IMG/VR virus record: IMGVR_UViG_3300048886_000350
Span: 1 to 42,657 of that record
Length of the DNA stretch: 42,657 nucleotides
Direction: 5' to 3' (one strand)
Source: a virus
Lineage: Duplodnaviria; Caudoviricetes
Positions 1 through 8,946 of this stretch are shown one piece after another. How positions within the stretch are numbered: position 1 is the stretch's first letter; every line of letters begins with the position of its first letter. Under the pieces are notes generated by a model that ran no database searches, had not been told where the DNA came from, and saw nothing but the letters and a program-made list of their open reading frames with translations. The position numbers and the translations under genes are program-made.

Positions 1-237
1 GAAGTAGGATGGGCTATTACTGATGCAGGAGTTGATACGTTTAACTGGTTGAATGATACTGTAGCAGGACTTGGTCAAGATTTAACTCAACAAATACATG
101 GAACACAAGACCCTAAAACTAAAGTAGAACTTGAAAAGATGAAAGGCCGTAAAGGAAAACTAAAGAATAAATCACGTGGACAATTAAGATTAAATAAAAG
201 CAAAGGACGGGCTAGGAAATCATTGAGGATAGGATAA
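1..237 (+). CDS. 5'-truncated ORF upstream of portal, probably a gp7.3-like virion/tail assembly protein
   Basis: Frame 1 is open from base 1 to TAA at 235-237. Basic C-terminus (KGRARKSLRIG) and position immediately before the portal match small T7-like virion proteins. Confidence 0.5.
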   Translation, partial: EVGWAITDAGVDTFNWLNDTVAGLGQDLTQQIHGTQDPKTKVELEKMKGRKGKLKNKSRGQLRLNKSKGRARKSLRIG

Positions 238-240
238 GCA

Positions 241-1875
241 ATGGAATATTCATCCAAGAAAAAAACAACAAAGACAGAAATCAATCCTGATGCTTATAAT
301 CAAGAAGAAGGTGCAATCAAAAGTAAATATGATAGATACAGAGGGGAAAGAGAACACTATCTCCAAAGAGGTAGAGAATCTTCTTTGTATACTATTCCTA
401 GTCTTCTGCCAGATCAGGATCATAGAGCAAGTACAGAACTTCTAACTCCTTTTCAATCTATAGGAGCAGAAGGAGTAAACAATTTAAGTTCTAAGCTTTT
501 ACTTTCTTTGCTTCCACCTAATGCACCTTTCTTTCGTTTAGTAGTAGACAACTCAGAACTAGAAGCTCTTCTTGCAGATAAAAGATCAGAAGCAGAAGAA
601 GGTCTTGCAAAGATTGAACGCATGGTTATGCAGGAAATCGAAGTTAGAGGTCTACGAGTACCTATCTCAGAAGCCTTAAAACAGCTTATAGTGGCAGGAA
701 ACGTACTTATTTATCTTCCACCAGAAGGACAGATAAGAGTATTCAGATTAGATAGGTATGTTGTTAAGCGTGATTCTATGGGTAATCCTTTAGAGATCAT
801 TACAAAAGAATCCCTTTCTCCATTGTCTCTTCCTGAACGAGCAAGAGAAATAATAGCTGATCCAGAATCCGAAAATCCTACTAAAGATCTAGACCTTTAT
901 ACTTGTATTAAATGGACAGGAAAAAACTGGAAGATTCACCAAGAGTTAGAAGGCCAGATAGTTCCAGGATCAGAAGGAACCTTCACTAAAGATAAGAACC
1001 CTTTCATTGCATTACGTTTTACACACATGGATGGTGAGGACTATGGACGAGGATATGTAGAAGAATACTTAGGAGATCTAAAGTCTCTTGAGTCTCTTAC
1101 TCAGTCTATTGTAGAAGGATCTGCAGCAGCAGCAAAGGTATTATTCCTTGTAAGACCTAATGGTACTACAAGAGTTAAGACACTTGCAGAGTCTCCGAAT
1201 GGAGCAATAGTTACAGGAGATGATAATGATGTATCTTCTCTTCAGCTTGGAAAATCTCAGGACTTTAATATAGCTCAGCAAACTATACAGATGCTTCAGA
1301 CACGCCTCTCTAGAGTGTTCCTGATGAATAGTTCTATCCGAAGGGATGCAGAGAGAGTAACTGCAGAAGAGATCAGAGTAGCAAGACAGGAACTTGAGAT
1401 TGCTCTTGGAGGAGTATATGCAATTCTATCTCAGGAGTTTCAACTTCCTCTTGTAGAGATCTTAATGCACAGAATGGCAAAAGATAAGAAGATTCCTAAG
1501 CTTCCAGGAGATGCTCTTAAACCTCTTATTGTTACAGGAGTAGAAGCTCTTGGTAGAGGAGAAGATCTCAATAAACTTGGAATGTTCTTACAAAGCTTAG
1601 CACCACTTGGTGAACAAGCAATGGCAGAGTTGAATATTTCTGATTACATTACTAGGCTTGCAGGATCACTTGGAATTGATACAGAAGGACTTATAAAGTC
1701 TGAAGAACAGAAGCAAGTGGAACAACAGGCAGCAATGCAACAGCAACAGGCAATGCAGAATCAGCAGTTGATGGGACGTATAGCAGAAAAAGCTACTCCA
1801 GAAATGATGAAAGGAATGGGTGAAGGTATGGCTCAACAAGCACCTTCATCTCCACCACCTGAAATGAATAACTAA
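241..1875 (+). CDS. Portal (head-tail connector), T7 gp8-like
   Basis: 544 aa with QSIGAEGVNNLSSKLLLSLLPPNAPFFRL, GEDYGRGYVEEYLGDLKSLE, RDAERVTAEEIR and TGVEALGRG motifs typical of T7 gp8. Confidence 0.97.
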   Translation: MEYSSKKKTTKTEINPDAYNQEEGAIKSKYDRYRGEREHYLQRGRESSLYTIPSLLPDQDHRASTELLTPFQSIGAEGVNNLSSKLLLSLLPPNAPFFRLVVDNSELEALLADKRSEAEEGLAKIERMVMQEIEVRGLRVPISEALKQLIVAGNVLIYLPPEGQIRVFRLDRYVVKRDSMGNPLEIITKESLSPLSLPERAREIIADPESENPTKDLDLYTCIKWTGKNWKIHQELEGQIVPGSEGTFTKDKNPFIALRFTHMDGEDYGRGYVEEYLGDLKSLESLTQSIVEGSAAAAKVLFLVRPNGTTRVKTLAESPNGAIVTGDDNDVSSLQLGKSQDFNIAQQTIQMLQTRLSRVFLMNSSIRRDAERVTAEEIRVARQELEIALGGVYAILSQEFQLPLVEILMHRMAKDKKIPKLPGDALKPLIVTGVEALGRGEDLNKLGMFLQSLAPLGEQAMAELNISDYITRLAGSLGIDTEGLIKSEEQKQVEQQAAMQQQQAMQNQQLMGRIAEKATPEMMKGMGEGMAQQAPSSPPPEMNN

Positions 1876-1896
1876 CTTATATAAGAGGAGAAAAAT

Positions 1897-2709
1897 ATGG
1901 CAGAATTCCAACAAGTAAGCACTCATGAAGATGCTCCACCACCTCCAGAAGGTACTAAAGAGCATGAACAAGCAATGATTCAGCTTGCAGAAGAAGCTGG
2001 TGCAGTAGAAAGAGAAGACGGAAATCCGAATTGGCTACCTGATAAGTTTAATAGTCCAGAAGATATGGCGAAAGCTTATAGAGAGTTAGAGCAGAAAATG
2101 TCATCCAATTCGGAGTCTGTGGCGAACAACGATGAGGTTACACCACCTCCGCAGACTCCAATTTCTCAAAAACAACAAACACAAATAGATGAAGCTCATA
2201 AAACCTTAGCAGAGGCAGGTTTAGATTATAATAAATACGCTAATGAGTATTTAGAAAAAGGAGAATTATCTCCAGAGTCATACACAGAACTTGGTAGCAA
2301 AGGTATGTCTACTGAGATGGTAAACTCATGGATACAAGGTCAAGAAGCTATTTCAGATAAACTTGCAGAGACAGCATATAACTCTGTAGGAGGTCAGGAG
2401 AAGTATAAGGAGCTTGTAGCATGGGCAGGAGATAATCTAGCTCAAGAAGAAATAGACTCATTCAACAGAGCGTTAGAGAGTACAAATAAAAACGATAGCT
2501 TATTTGCTATTAAGTCTCTTAACGCTCAATACCAAATGGCAAACGGAAGTTCGCCAAACTTATTGCAGGGATCAACAGGTGGATCAAGCTCAGGAGCATT
2601 CAGTTCATTAATACAAATGTCTGAAGCTATGAATGATCCTAGATACCATACTGATCCTGCTTTCAGGGATGAAGTGACTAGGAAACTAGGATCTTCTAAC
2701 CTTATGTAA
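1897..2709 (+). CDS. Capsid scaffolding protein, T7 gp9-like
   Basis: Acidic 270 aa protein between portal and capsid; WLPDKF..PEDMAKAY.ELE, VGG.E.Y..LV.WA and C-terminal AMNDPRY..DPAFR motifs; SD gaggag. Confidence 0.93.
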   Translation: MAEFQQVSTHEDAPPPPEGTKEHEQAMIQLAEEAGAVEREDGNPNWLPDKFNSPEDMAKAYRELEQKMSSNSESVANNDEVTPPPQTPISQKQQTQIDEAHKTLAEAGLDYNKYANEYLEKGELSPESYTELGSKGMSTEMVNSWIQGQEAISDKLAETAYNSVGGQEKYKELVAWAGDNLAQEEIDSFNRALESTNKNDSLFAIKSLNAQYQMANGSSPNLLQGSTGGSSSGAFSSLIQMSEAMNDPRYHTDPAFRDEVTRKLGSSNLM

Positions 2710-2730
2710 TACGGAAATGAAACATCAGAA

Positions 2731-2839
2731 CAAGATTATTGCCCTCTGAGGAGGATAACTTTAATTGAGAACGATAGAGTAAACGTCCGTAACTTTAATC
2801 GTGCTAGTTTAAAACTAGTTAATTTTAATCTCAATTAAA
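2731..2839 (+). promoter_or_regulatory. Structured 5' leader of the major capsid gene
   Basis: CCTC-TGAG-GAGG hairpin near 2743-2754. 11-bp inverted repeat TTTAATTGAGA (2760-2770) / TCTCAATTAAA (2829-2839) encloses two smaller hairpins. Confidence 0.5.
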
Positions 2840-2846
2840 TTCAAAT

Positions 2847-3977
2847 ATGGCACAAAATTATACAGGTCATAGGTCAGGTCAGGTAAACGAGACAGGTGAT
2901 GCTAGGAGTCTATATCTAAAGCTCTATGCTGGCGAAGTTATGACCGCCTTTCAGACCAAAAATATAATGATGAACTATACGAGAACCCGAAATATTAAGA
3001 AGGGTAAATCGGCACAGTTTATCATGACAGGTAAGCATCGTACCGCAGCTTATCATAGTCCTGGAACTGAAATCGTTCCTGCAGTTACTGCGGCACAAAC
3101 TGAGAGAATTGTCACTATTGACGATCTCTTAATTGTAAATCAATTCATCCCTAATATTGATGAAGCGATGTCTCAGTATGATATACGCTCAGTTTATACG
3201 CAGGAAGCTGCTTATGGATTAGCTTATGCTGCTGATAAGAACATTCTAAGAATGGCTATTAAAGCTGCGTTGACAACTTCTAAGACTGCATCAGCAGCTC
3301 TTGTTCAAGGAGATGTCCCTTGGGATGATGAGGATTATACAGCTAACGTGACATACGCAACACTTGCTGACTCTTGTAAATCCAGTAAATTTATGGAAGG
3401 AGTTATTGAAGCTAAGCGTATTCTAGAAATGGCTGGCGCACCTTTAGATGATTTGGTAGTTGTCTGTGCAACAGATATTTACTATCACATGTTTAAAGCT
3501 AATACTAATGGTGAAGAAACCGTCGATCTACATATGTTTAATTCAGATGTAGGTGGAGGAGGTTCAGTTAAAGATGTGAATCTTCCAACTATTGCAGGTA
3601 TTCCAGTAGTTAGATCTCCTCATATTGGAACTGGTGGTACTGCTGGTTGGGCTACTAATCTCTGGACTATGTCTGGTAGTGGTGCTTCTCGTGCTGGTAT
3701 AGTTCCATCTGCGGATAGGCCATTAGCCTCTCCAGAATCTGCTAGGACAACTGTTTACGATCTTCCTGCTGCAGCCGCTTATGGTGGTGAAGGTGAGAAA
3801 GTTCGTGCGCTTGTCATGAACAGAGATGCAGTAGCAACTGTGAAACTATTAGACCTTGCGGTAGAGACTGATTATATGGTCAACCGTCAAGGAACATTAA
3901 TCGTTTCCAAATATGCAATGGGTCACAACATACTACGTCCAGCAATGGCAGTAGCACTTGTTGCACCTGTTTCATAA
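2847..3977 (+). CDS. Major capsid protein, T7 gp10-like
   Basis: LYLKLYAGEVMTAF, GKSAQF, TIDDLL, YDIRS.Y and C-terminal KYAMGHNILRP motifs. Confidence 0.97.
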   Translation: MAQNYTGHRSGQVNETGDARSLYLKLYAGEVMTAFQTKNIMMNYTRTRNIKKGKSAQFIMTGKHRTAAYHSPGTEIVPAVTAAQTERIVTIDDLLIVNQFIPNIDEAMSQYDIRSVYTQEAAYGLAYAADKNILRMAIKAALTTSKTASAALVQGDVPWDDEDYTANVTYATLADSCKSSKFMEGVIEAKRILEMAGAPLDDLVVVCATDIYYHMFKANTNGEETVDLHMFNSDVGGGGSVKDVNLPTIAGIPVVRSPHIGTGGTAGWATNLWTMSGSGASRAGIVPSADRPLASPESARTTVYDLPAAAAYGGEGEKVRALVMNRDAVATVKLLDLAVETDYMVNRQGTLIVSKYAMGHNILRPAMAVALVAPVS

Positions 3978-3987
3978 TAACCTCTTT

Positions 3988-4069
3988 GTGAGGTGTGGTT
4001 AATCCTCTTGCCATGCCTCACGTTTGTAGAGGAGGAAACAGTAGTTCTCCATCCTCCTCTACTCTCCCC
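3988..4069 (+). ncRNA. Tandem hairpins after the capsid stop (3' UTR element or small RNA) with pyrimidine-rich loops
   Basis: Stem GTGAGGTGTGGT/GCCATGCCTCAC (3988-4021, with G-U pairs) and perfect 11-bp stem GTAGAGGAGGA/TCCTCCTCTAC (4026-4062). No long U-tract follows. Confidence 0.55.
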
Positions 4070-4103
4070 AATAATTATCCTCTTTTAATATATTCCCCTT
4101 AAA

Positions 4104-4730
4104 ATGGCTATATCACTTACATCCAAACTAGATGCTATTAATTCAATGCTTTTTGGTGTTGGAGAAGCTCCAGTAAACACAATGAATTCTGGTCTTCAGG
4201 AAGCTGAAATAGCTGCTATTACCCTTGATACAGTTTCCAGAGAAGTTCAATCTGCAGGATGGGCATTCAATACCGATTTAAGGTACTCACTAAGTCCGAA
4301 TTCAGTTGATCATATTAGTGTACCTAGCAACTGCATACACCTAGATACTAGAGCTTTAACAAGGGATTATGATAGCGATATTGTCATGAGGAATCAGAAG
4401 CTTTATGACCGTACTAAGAACACATTTGAGTTTACAGATGCAGTTGTTGTAGACATGATTGTCCTTCTTGAATTTGAAGAACTTCCAGAAATAGCAAGAC
4501 GTTATATTACATTACGAGCAGGTAGAAAGTTTCAAGAAAATATTATTGGTTCTGGAGAAATGACAAAATTACAGATTAAAGATGAACAATTAGCTTTATT
4601 TGCATTAAAAGAAGCTGAATCTCAATTAGCTGATTTCAATGTTTTTGATAATTATGATACTTACCGTGCTATAGATCGTAGTACTGCAGGATCTTCCCTT
4701 CTTAAATCTCAAAGAATTCTATACTCCTGA
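4104..4730 (+). CDS. Tail tubular protein A, T7 gp11-like
   Basis: LDAINSML..VGEAPV, VSREVQSAGWAFN and LPEIARRYITLRAGRKFQ motifs; synteny after capsid. Confidence 0.95.
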   Translation: MAISLTSKLDAINSMLFGVGEAPVNTMNSGLQEAEIAAITLDTVSREVQSAGWAFNTDLRYSLSPNSVDHISVPSNCIHLDTRALTRDYDSDIVMRNQKLYDRTKNTFEFTDAVVVDMIVLLEFEELPEIARRYITLRAGRKFQENIIGSGEMTKLQIKDEQLALFALKEAESQLADFNVFDNYDTYRAIDRSTAGSSLLKSQRILYS

Positions 4731-7700
4731 TGCCTTTAGTTTCTTCTTCTATTCCCAATATGATAAATGGGATTTCTCAGCAACCTCCTGAGATTAGATT
4801 AGCCTCGCAAAGTGAAAAACAAGTGAATGGTTATAGTACCATTGCGAGAGGTTTGGAGAAACGTCCAGGAACAGAACACAAACAAAAGATTACGGATACT
4901 TTAGTAGATGATACGTTTGTTCATACTATTCGTAGAGATAGGAATGAAGAGTACACAATGGTTCTTACTAGAGCAAGTGGATCAGCATCTAGCACAGCAA
5001 AAACTCTAACCATATATGATCAGGATGGAACTTCTATTCCTGTAAAGAGTGATACACATGCTGCGGTAGCTAGTGCAACAGATATTACTTCTACAGATCT
5101 AGTATATCTTGATACCTTAGCAACTTCAGGAGGAGTTAATGACAACATAGTAGCAACTACTGTTGCAGATACTACCTTCCTTATTAATAAAACTAAAACT
5201 GTAACAGCAGCAGCAAGTGACGGTGTAGTTTCAGGAGAAGGAACAACATCTAAGACCTCTTCATCAGGCTCTACTCAAATTGCTGGAGATTACACAGACG
5301 AAGGAATGATCTTTGTAAAGGCAGGAGATTACTCTAGTAAGTATGTAATAAAGATAGTAGTAAATCCAGAAGAAGCTGCAGGATCTGGTGTAGATGATAA
5401 AAGAACCTACAAAGTAGGATTTCAAACACCTTCTTCTCAGGTAGGACTTAACCAGACTCATATAGGTACTCCTACTATTGCTAAGCATTTAAAAGAAGGT
5501 ATGACAAGTTTGAGTACCGCAGAAGGCGCATGGGATGATTTTGATTCTACTGATCCTATAGAAGGTTTCGGAGGTTGGAGATGTATAATAGATAGAGATG
5601 AAAATGGAGAAACATCTGGTGCAGGAGATTATGTAGCTGGTTTAGATGCAATAGAAACTTTAGAACATAGTCTTGCTGCAGATAATTTTGAAGTTGAAAT
5701 GAGTGAGACTTCTGGAAGTGTTATTTCTCTTAAATGTAAACAACCATTCTCAATAGAAGTCCAAGACTCTAAAGGTGGAGTTGCTTTAATAGGAATAAAA
5801 AATGAAGTTACTTCATTCTCAAGTCTTCCAGGAAAGAATGTTCCAGAAGGATACATCGTAAAAGTAGTAGGAAATGCAGGAGGATCTCAAGATGATTACT
5901 ATGTAAAGTATGAGGAAGACTCAGAAGGTGTAGGTGTATGGAAAGAAACTCTAGGAAGAGCTATAGATACAGGTTTCGATATTACTACAATGCCTCATCG
6001 TTTAATAAGGTTATATGATGCTTCAGGAGATAAGTTCTTTCTTTATGAACCTGTAAAGGAAGTAGCAGTATCAGGAACTTTTGGAGCTAGGTTTGGATGG
6101 TCTTCAAGGAAAGCAGGAGATGACACTTCTAATCCTTTCCCAACCTTTGTAGGAGGTAAAATAAATGATATTACTTTTCATAGGAATCGTTTTGGAGTTC
6201 TAAGTGATGAAAACATAATCTTTTCAGAAGCAGGAAACTATTATAATTTCTTTCCTATTTCTGTAATGACTGCACTTGATGGTAATCCCATTGACATCTC
6301 AGTATCTAATAACCAAGTTTCAATCCTCACACATGCTGCAGCATTTAACCAAAGCTTACTACTCTTCTCAGACTTCCAACAATTTAGTTTAAATAGTGAA
6401 GGAGAAGGATTCACTCCTAGTACTGTTTCAGTAGACGTTGTAACTCAGTTTGAAAGCACCTCCAAAGCTCCTCCAGTTTCTTCAGGTAGATTTGTTTACT
6501 TTCCTTTTGAACGTGGTGAATACTCAGGAGTAAGAGAATACTTTGTAGATACAGGATCATCAGATTCAAATGATGCAACTGACATAACTGCTCATGTACC
6601 TCAGTACATCAAAGGTAAGATTACTAAGATGATGGTGAGTTCTAATGACCAGATGGTAGCAGTCCTGAGTGATGATGATACAAAACGAATATACGTTTAT
6701 AAAAACTATTGGCAGGATCAGGAGAAGTTACAAAACTCTTGGAGTCATTGGACATTTGATGGAGATATTCTTAATTGTGCATTCTTAGGATCAACTCTGA
6801 AACTTCTTGTAAAGAGAGATGGAGATGGTCTTTATTTAGAAGACATTAATCTTAGTTTAGATTCTTCAGAAGCAGTTATGGAAGATGAAACTGCAGTACT
6901 TTTAGATAGGAGAGTAAAATTAGGTTCAGTAGTATTAACAGATTGTACTACTGTAGATGGTAATTCAACAATAACAGTATCTAGTACTAGTGATCTTAAA
7001 GTAGGTATGCGAGTTCAGGGTGTAGGTATTCCTGTTTTGCAAATAATTTCTTCAATACCTACCAGTACAACTTTTGTACTTAGTACAAATGCCACCGAAG
7101 ATAACGATGATACTACACTTACATTTATAGATCTTCTCAGTAGTATTCCTTACTCTGGTCTTAATCTCAGTACTTTACCTAATAATATGGTGTATGTAAA
7201 TGCAAATGCTCGTAAAATTATTCAAGGTGATATTGATGATTACTTAGCTGATGATGTTGATAACGTAGTATACGCAGGAATACCTTATACCTTTGAATAC
7301 GAGTTCTCTAGATTCATTCATAAAGAGAATGAGCTTCCTGCTCAGACAGCAAAACTACAGATTAGAAACATTAATCTTCTTTACAACAAAACAGGTTTCT
7401 TTAACTTAAAGATTAATGTAAATCCTGGAACTATAAATATTCCTGATCCTAATGTAATAATTTTACCTAGTTCTACGTTGGTAGATACAGATGCAACAGT
7501 AACAGTAACAAGTACTTCTGATCTTACGGAAGGAATGCCTGTATTAGGAACAGGGATACCTTCAGGAACAACTATATCTTCTATAACTGATCTTACTACG
7601 TTAGAGCTTTCTGCTAATGCAACAATAAGTAGTACTGTTATTACTCTAACATTTAATTCAGGACAGACTATATCTTCTACTCCTCGTACTAACTATGAGA

Positions 7701-7894
7701 AGAAGTTTAGTGGAATGGTCACTAATACATCTGCTCTTGGACAATACAAACTACTTTCAGGAACCTTTAAAGGGGGAGTAATGTCTAATGCAAGTAATTG
7801 TAACATCACCATAGAGAATGATGAGTACCTTCCTTGTTCATTTCAATCTGCAGAATGGGAAGGATTCTTACACCAAAGATCAAGACGAGTATAA
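4730..7894 (+). CDS. Tail tubular protein B (nozzle), T7 gp12-like, with inserted domains
   Basis: N-terminal SIPNMINGISQQP, GLEKRPGT, R.AGDD.SNPFP.F, DITAHVPQYI, QNSWSHW and C-terminal SAEWEG. 1054 aa, longer than the roughly 800 aa of T7 gp12. Confidence 0.95.
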   Translation: MPLVSSSIPNMINGISQQPPEIRLASQSEKQVNGYSTIARGLEKRPGTEHKQKITDTLVDDTFVHTIRRDRNEEYTMVLTRASGSASSTAKTLTIYDQDGTSIPVKSDTHAAVASATDITSTDLVYLDTLATSGGVNDNIVATTVADTTFLINKTKTVTAAASDGVVSGEGTTSKTSSSGSTQIAGDYTDEGMIFVKAGDYSSKYVIKIVVNPEEAAGSGVDDKRTYKVGFQTPSSQVGLNQTHIGTPTIAKHLKEGMTSLSTAEGAWDDFDSTDPIEGFGGWRCIIDRDENGETSGAGDYVAGLDAIETLEHSLAADNFEVEMSETSGSVISLKCKQPFSIEVQDSKGGVALIGIKNEVTSFSSLPGKNVPEGYIVKVVGNAGGSQDDYYVKYEEDSEGVGVWKETLGRAIDTGFDITTMPHRLIRLYDASGDKFFLYEPVKEVAVSGTFGARFGWSSRKAGDDTSNPFPTFVGGKINDITFHRNRFGVLSDENIIFSEAGNYYNFFPISVMTALDGNPIDISVSNNQVSILTHAAAFNQSLLLFSDFQQFSLNSEGEGFTPSTVSVDVVTQFESTSKAPPVSSGRFVYFPFERGEYSGVREYFVDTGSSDSNDATDITAHVPQYIKGKITKMMVSSNDQMVAVLSDDDTKRIYVYKNYWQDQEKLQNSWSHWTFDGDILNCAFLGSTLKLLVKRDGDGLYLEDINLSLDSSEAVMEDETAVLLDRRVKLGSVVLTDCTTVDGNSTITVSSTSDLKVGMRVQGVGIPVLQIISSIPTSTTFVLSTNATEDNDDTTLTFIDLLSSIPYSGLNLSTLPNNMVYVNANARKIIQGDIDDYLADDVDNVVYAGIPYTFEYEFSRFIHKENELPAQTAKLQIRNINLLYNKTGFFNLKINVNPGTINIPDPNVIILPSSTLVDTDATVTVTSTSDLTEGMPVLGTGIPSGTTISSITDLTTLELSANATISSTVITLTFNSGQTISSTPRTNYEKKFSGMVTNTSALGQYKLLSGTFKGGVMSNASNCNITIENDEYLPCSFQSAEWEGFLHQRSRRV

Positions 7895-7898
7895 AGTT

Positions 7899-8375
7899 AT
7901 GTTCTATAAGAACTATATAAAACCTTTTGAAGCTCATTACATAGATCTTTTAGCAGATGATATGTGTCAGGCAGACATAGATGAAGTCTTTGCTTCTAAT
8001 GGAGTAAGTCCTAAAGATGCAGTAACTCATTCAGTATTAAATAGTGACAGATTAGTCTGTTATTTCGATGGTGAGCAACTCCTTGCGATAGGAGGAATAG
8101 GGATCAATTCAAACGGTTCAGGAAGCCCTTGGCTACTTAGTACTAATTACCTGAGTATTTGGAAACGTAAGAACCTCAGAACTTTTCTAGAGTGTTCTAA
8201 GTCTTGGATAGAAGAGATGAATGACATCTATCCACTTCTAGAGAACTATGTAGATAAAAGAAATAAAGAGTCTCAGACTTGGTTAAAGCATTTGGGATTT
8301 TATTTTCCTAAGACTATTCCAGACTACGGATATTTAAAGATACCTTTTATTAAATTTGTAAAATATAACGAGTAA
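7899..8375 (+). CDS. Internal virion protein A-like (T7 gp13 family, acetyltransferase-like fold)
   Basis: ADIDEV, PWLL.T and LENYVDKRN..S..WLKHLGF motifs. Start moved to ATG 7899, just after the gp12 stop. Confidence 0.8.
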   Translation: MFYKNYIKPFEAHYIDLLADDMCQADIDEVFASNGVSPKDAVTHSVLNSDRLVCYFDGEQLLAIGGIGINSNGSGSPWLLSTNYLSIWKRKNLRTFLECSKSWIEEMNDIYPLLENYVDKRNKESQTWLKHLGFYFPKTIPDYGYLKIPFIKFVKYNE

Positions 8376-8383
8376 GAAAATAT

Positions 8384-8944
8384 ATGGGACCATTTGCCGC
8401 AATGATGATAATGAAGGGTGTTTCCACCGTCATGAATCATCAAGCTCAACTGCAAGCTGCTGCTGCTCAACGTGCTTGGAAGTATAAAAAAGATCTGGCA
8501 ATAAAAAGTAGATTAAATCTTCAGTATGGACAAGCTAGACAAGCTTTTGCTGATACTAATATTATGCGTGGGCGTAATTTAGAAATTAAAGCTGATGCAG
8601 GTGTGTCAGTTGCATTACAAAAAATGAAAGCTGCTTCAGCAATGAAAGCTTCAGGATTAGCTCAAGGACAAAGTACAGATGGATTACTCCGTCAAGCCCA
8701 AAATACTATTCTACAAGGACATAATAAGTTCTTAAAAGATATGGAAATGAGAGCTTCCCAACTAGATTATAGGGATAGAGAAATACAGCAAGGGATGGAT
8801 ATGGCCTTCTTAGATGCTAAAGCTCAGATAGCAGGAACAAGTTACCAAAAAGGGCCTGGAATGATGGGATTAGCTATGGGATTAGGACAAGGCTATATGG
8901 ATGCCAAAGCTTTTGATGCAAAAATGGATGGTAATTGGAGTTAA
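8384..8944 (+). CDS. Internal virion protein B-like (gp14)
   Basis: Ala/Gln/Gly/Met-rich 186 aa helical protein with glycine-rich hydrophobic C-terminus; synteny. Confidence 0.7.
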   Translation: MGPFAAMMIMKGVSTVMNHQAQLQAAAAQRAWKYKKDLAIKSRLNLQYGQARQAFADTNIMRGRNLEIKADAGVSVALQKMKAASAMKASGLAQGQSTDGLLRQAQNTILQGHNKFLKDMEMRASQLDYRDREIQQGMDMAFLDAKAQIAGTSYQKGPGMMGLAMGLGQGYMDAKAFDAKMDGNWS

Positions 8945-8946
8945 AT

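Noticed and set aside
3940-4103. T7 gp10B-like frameshift extension of the capsid
   Set aside because: Double TAA stop, no clear slippery heptamer and no substantial alternative-frame ORF before the tail tube gene.
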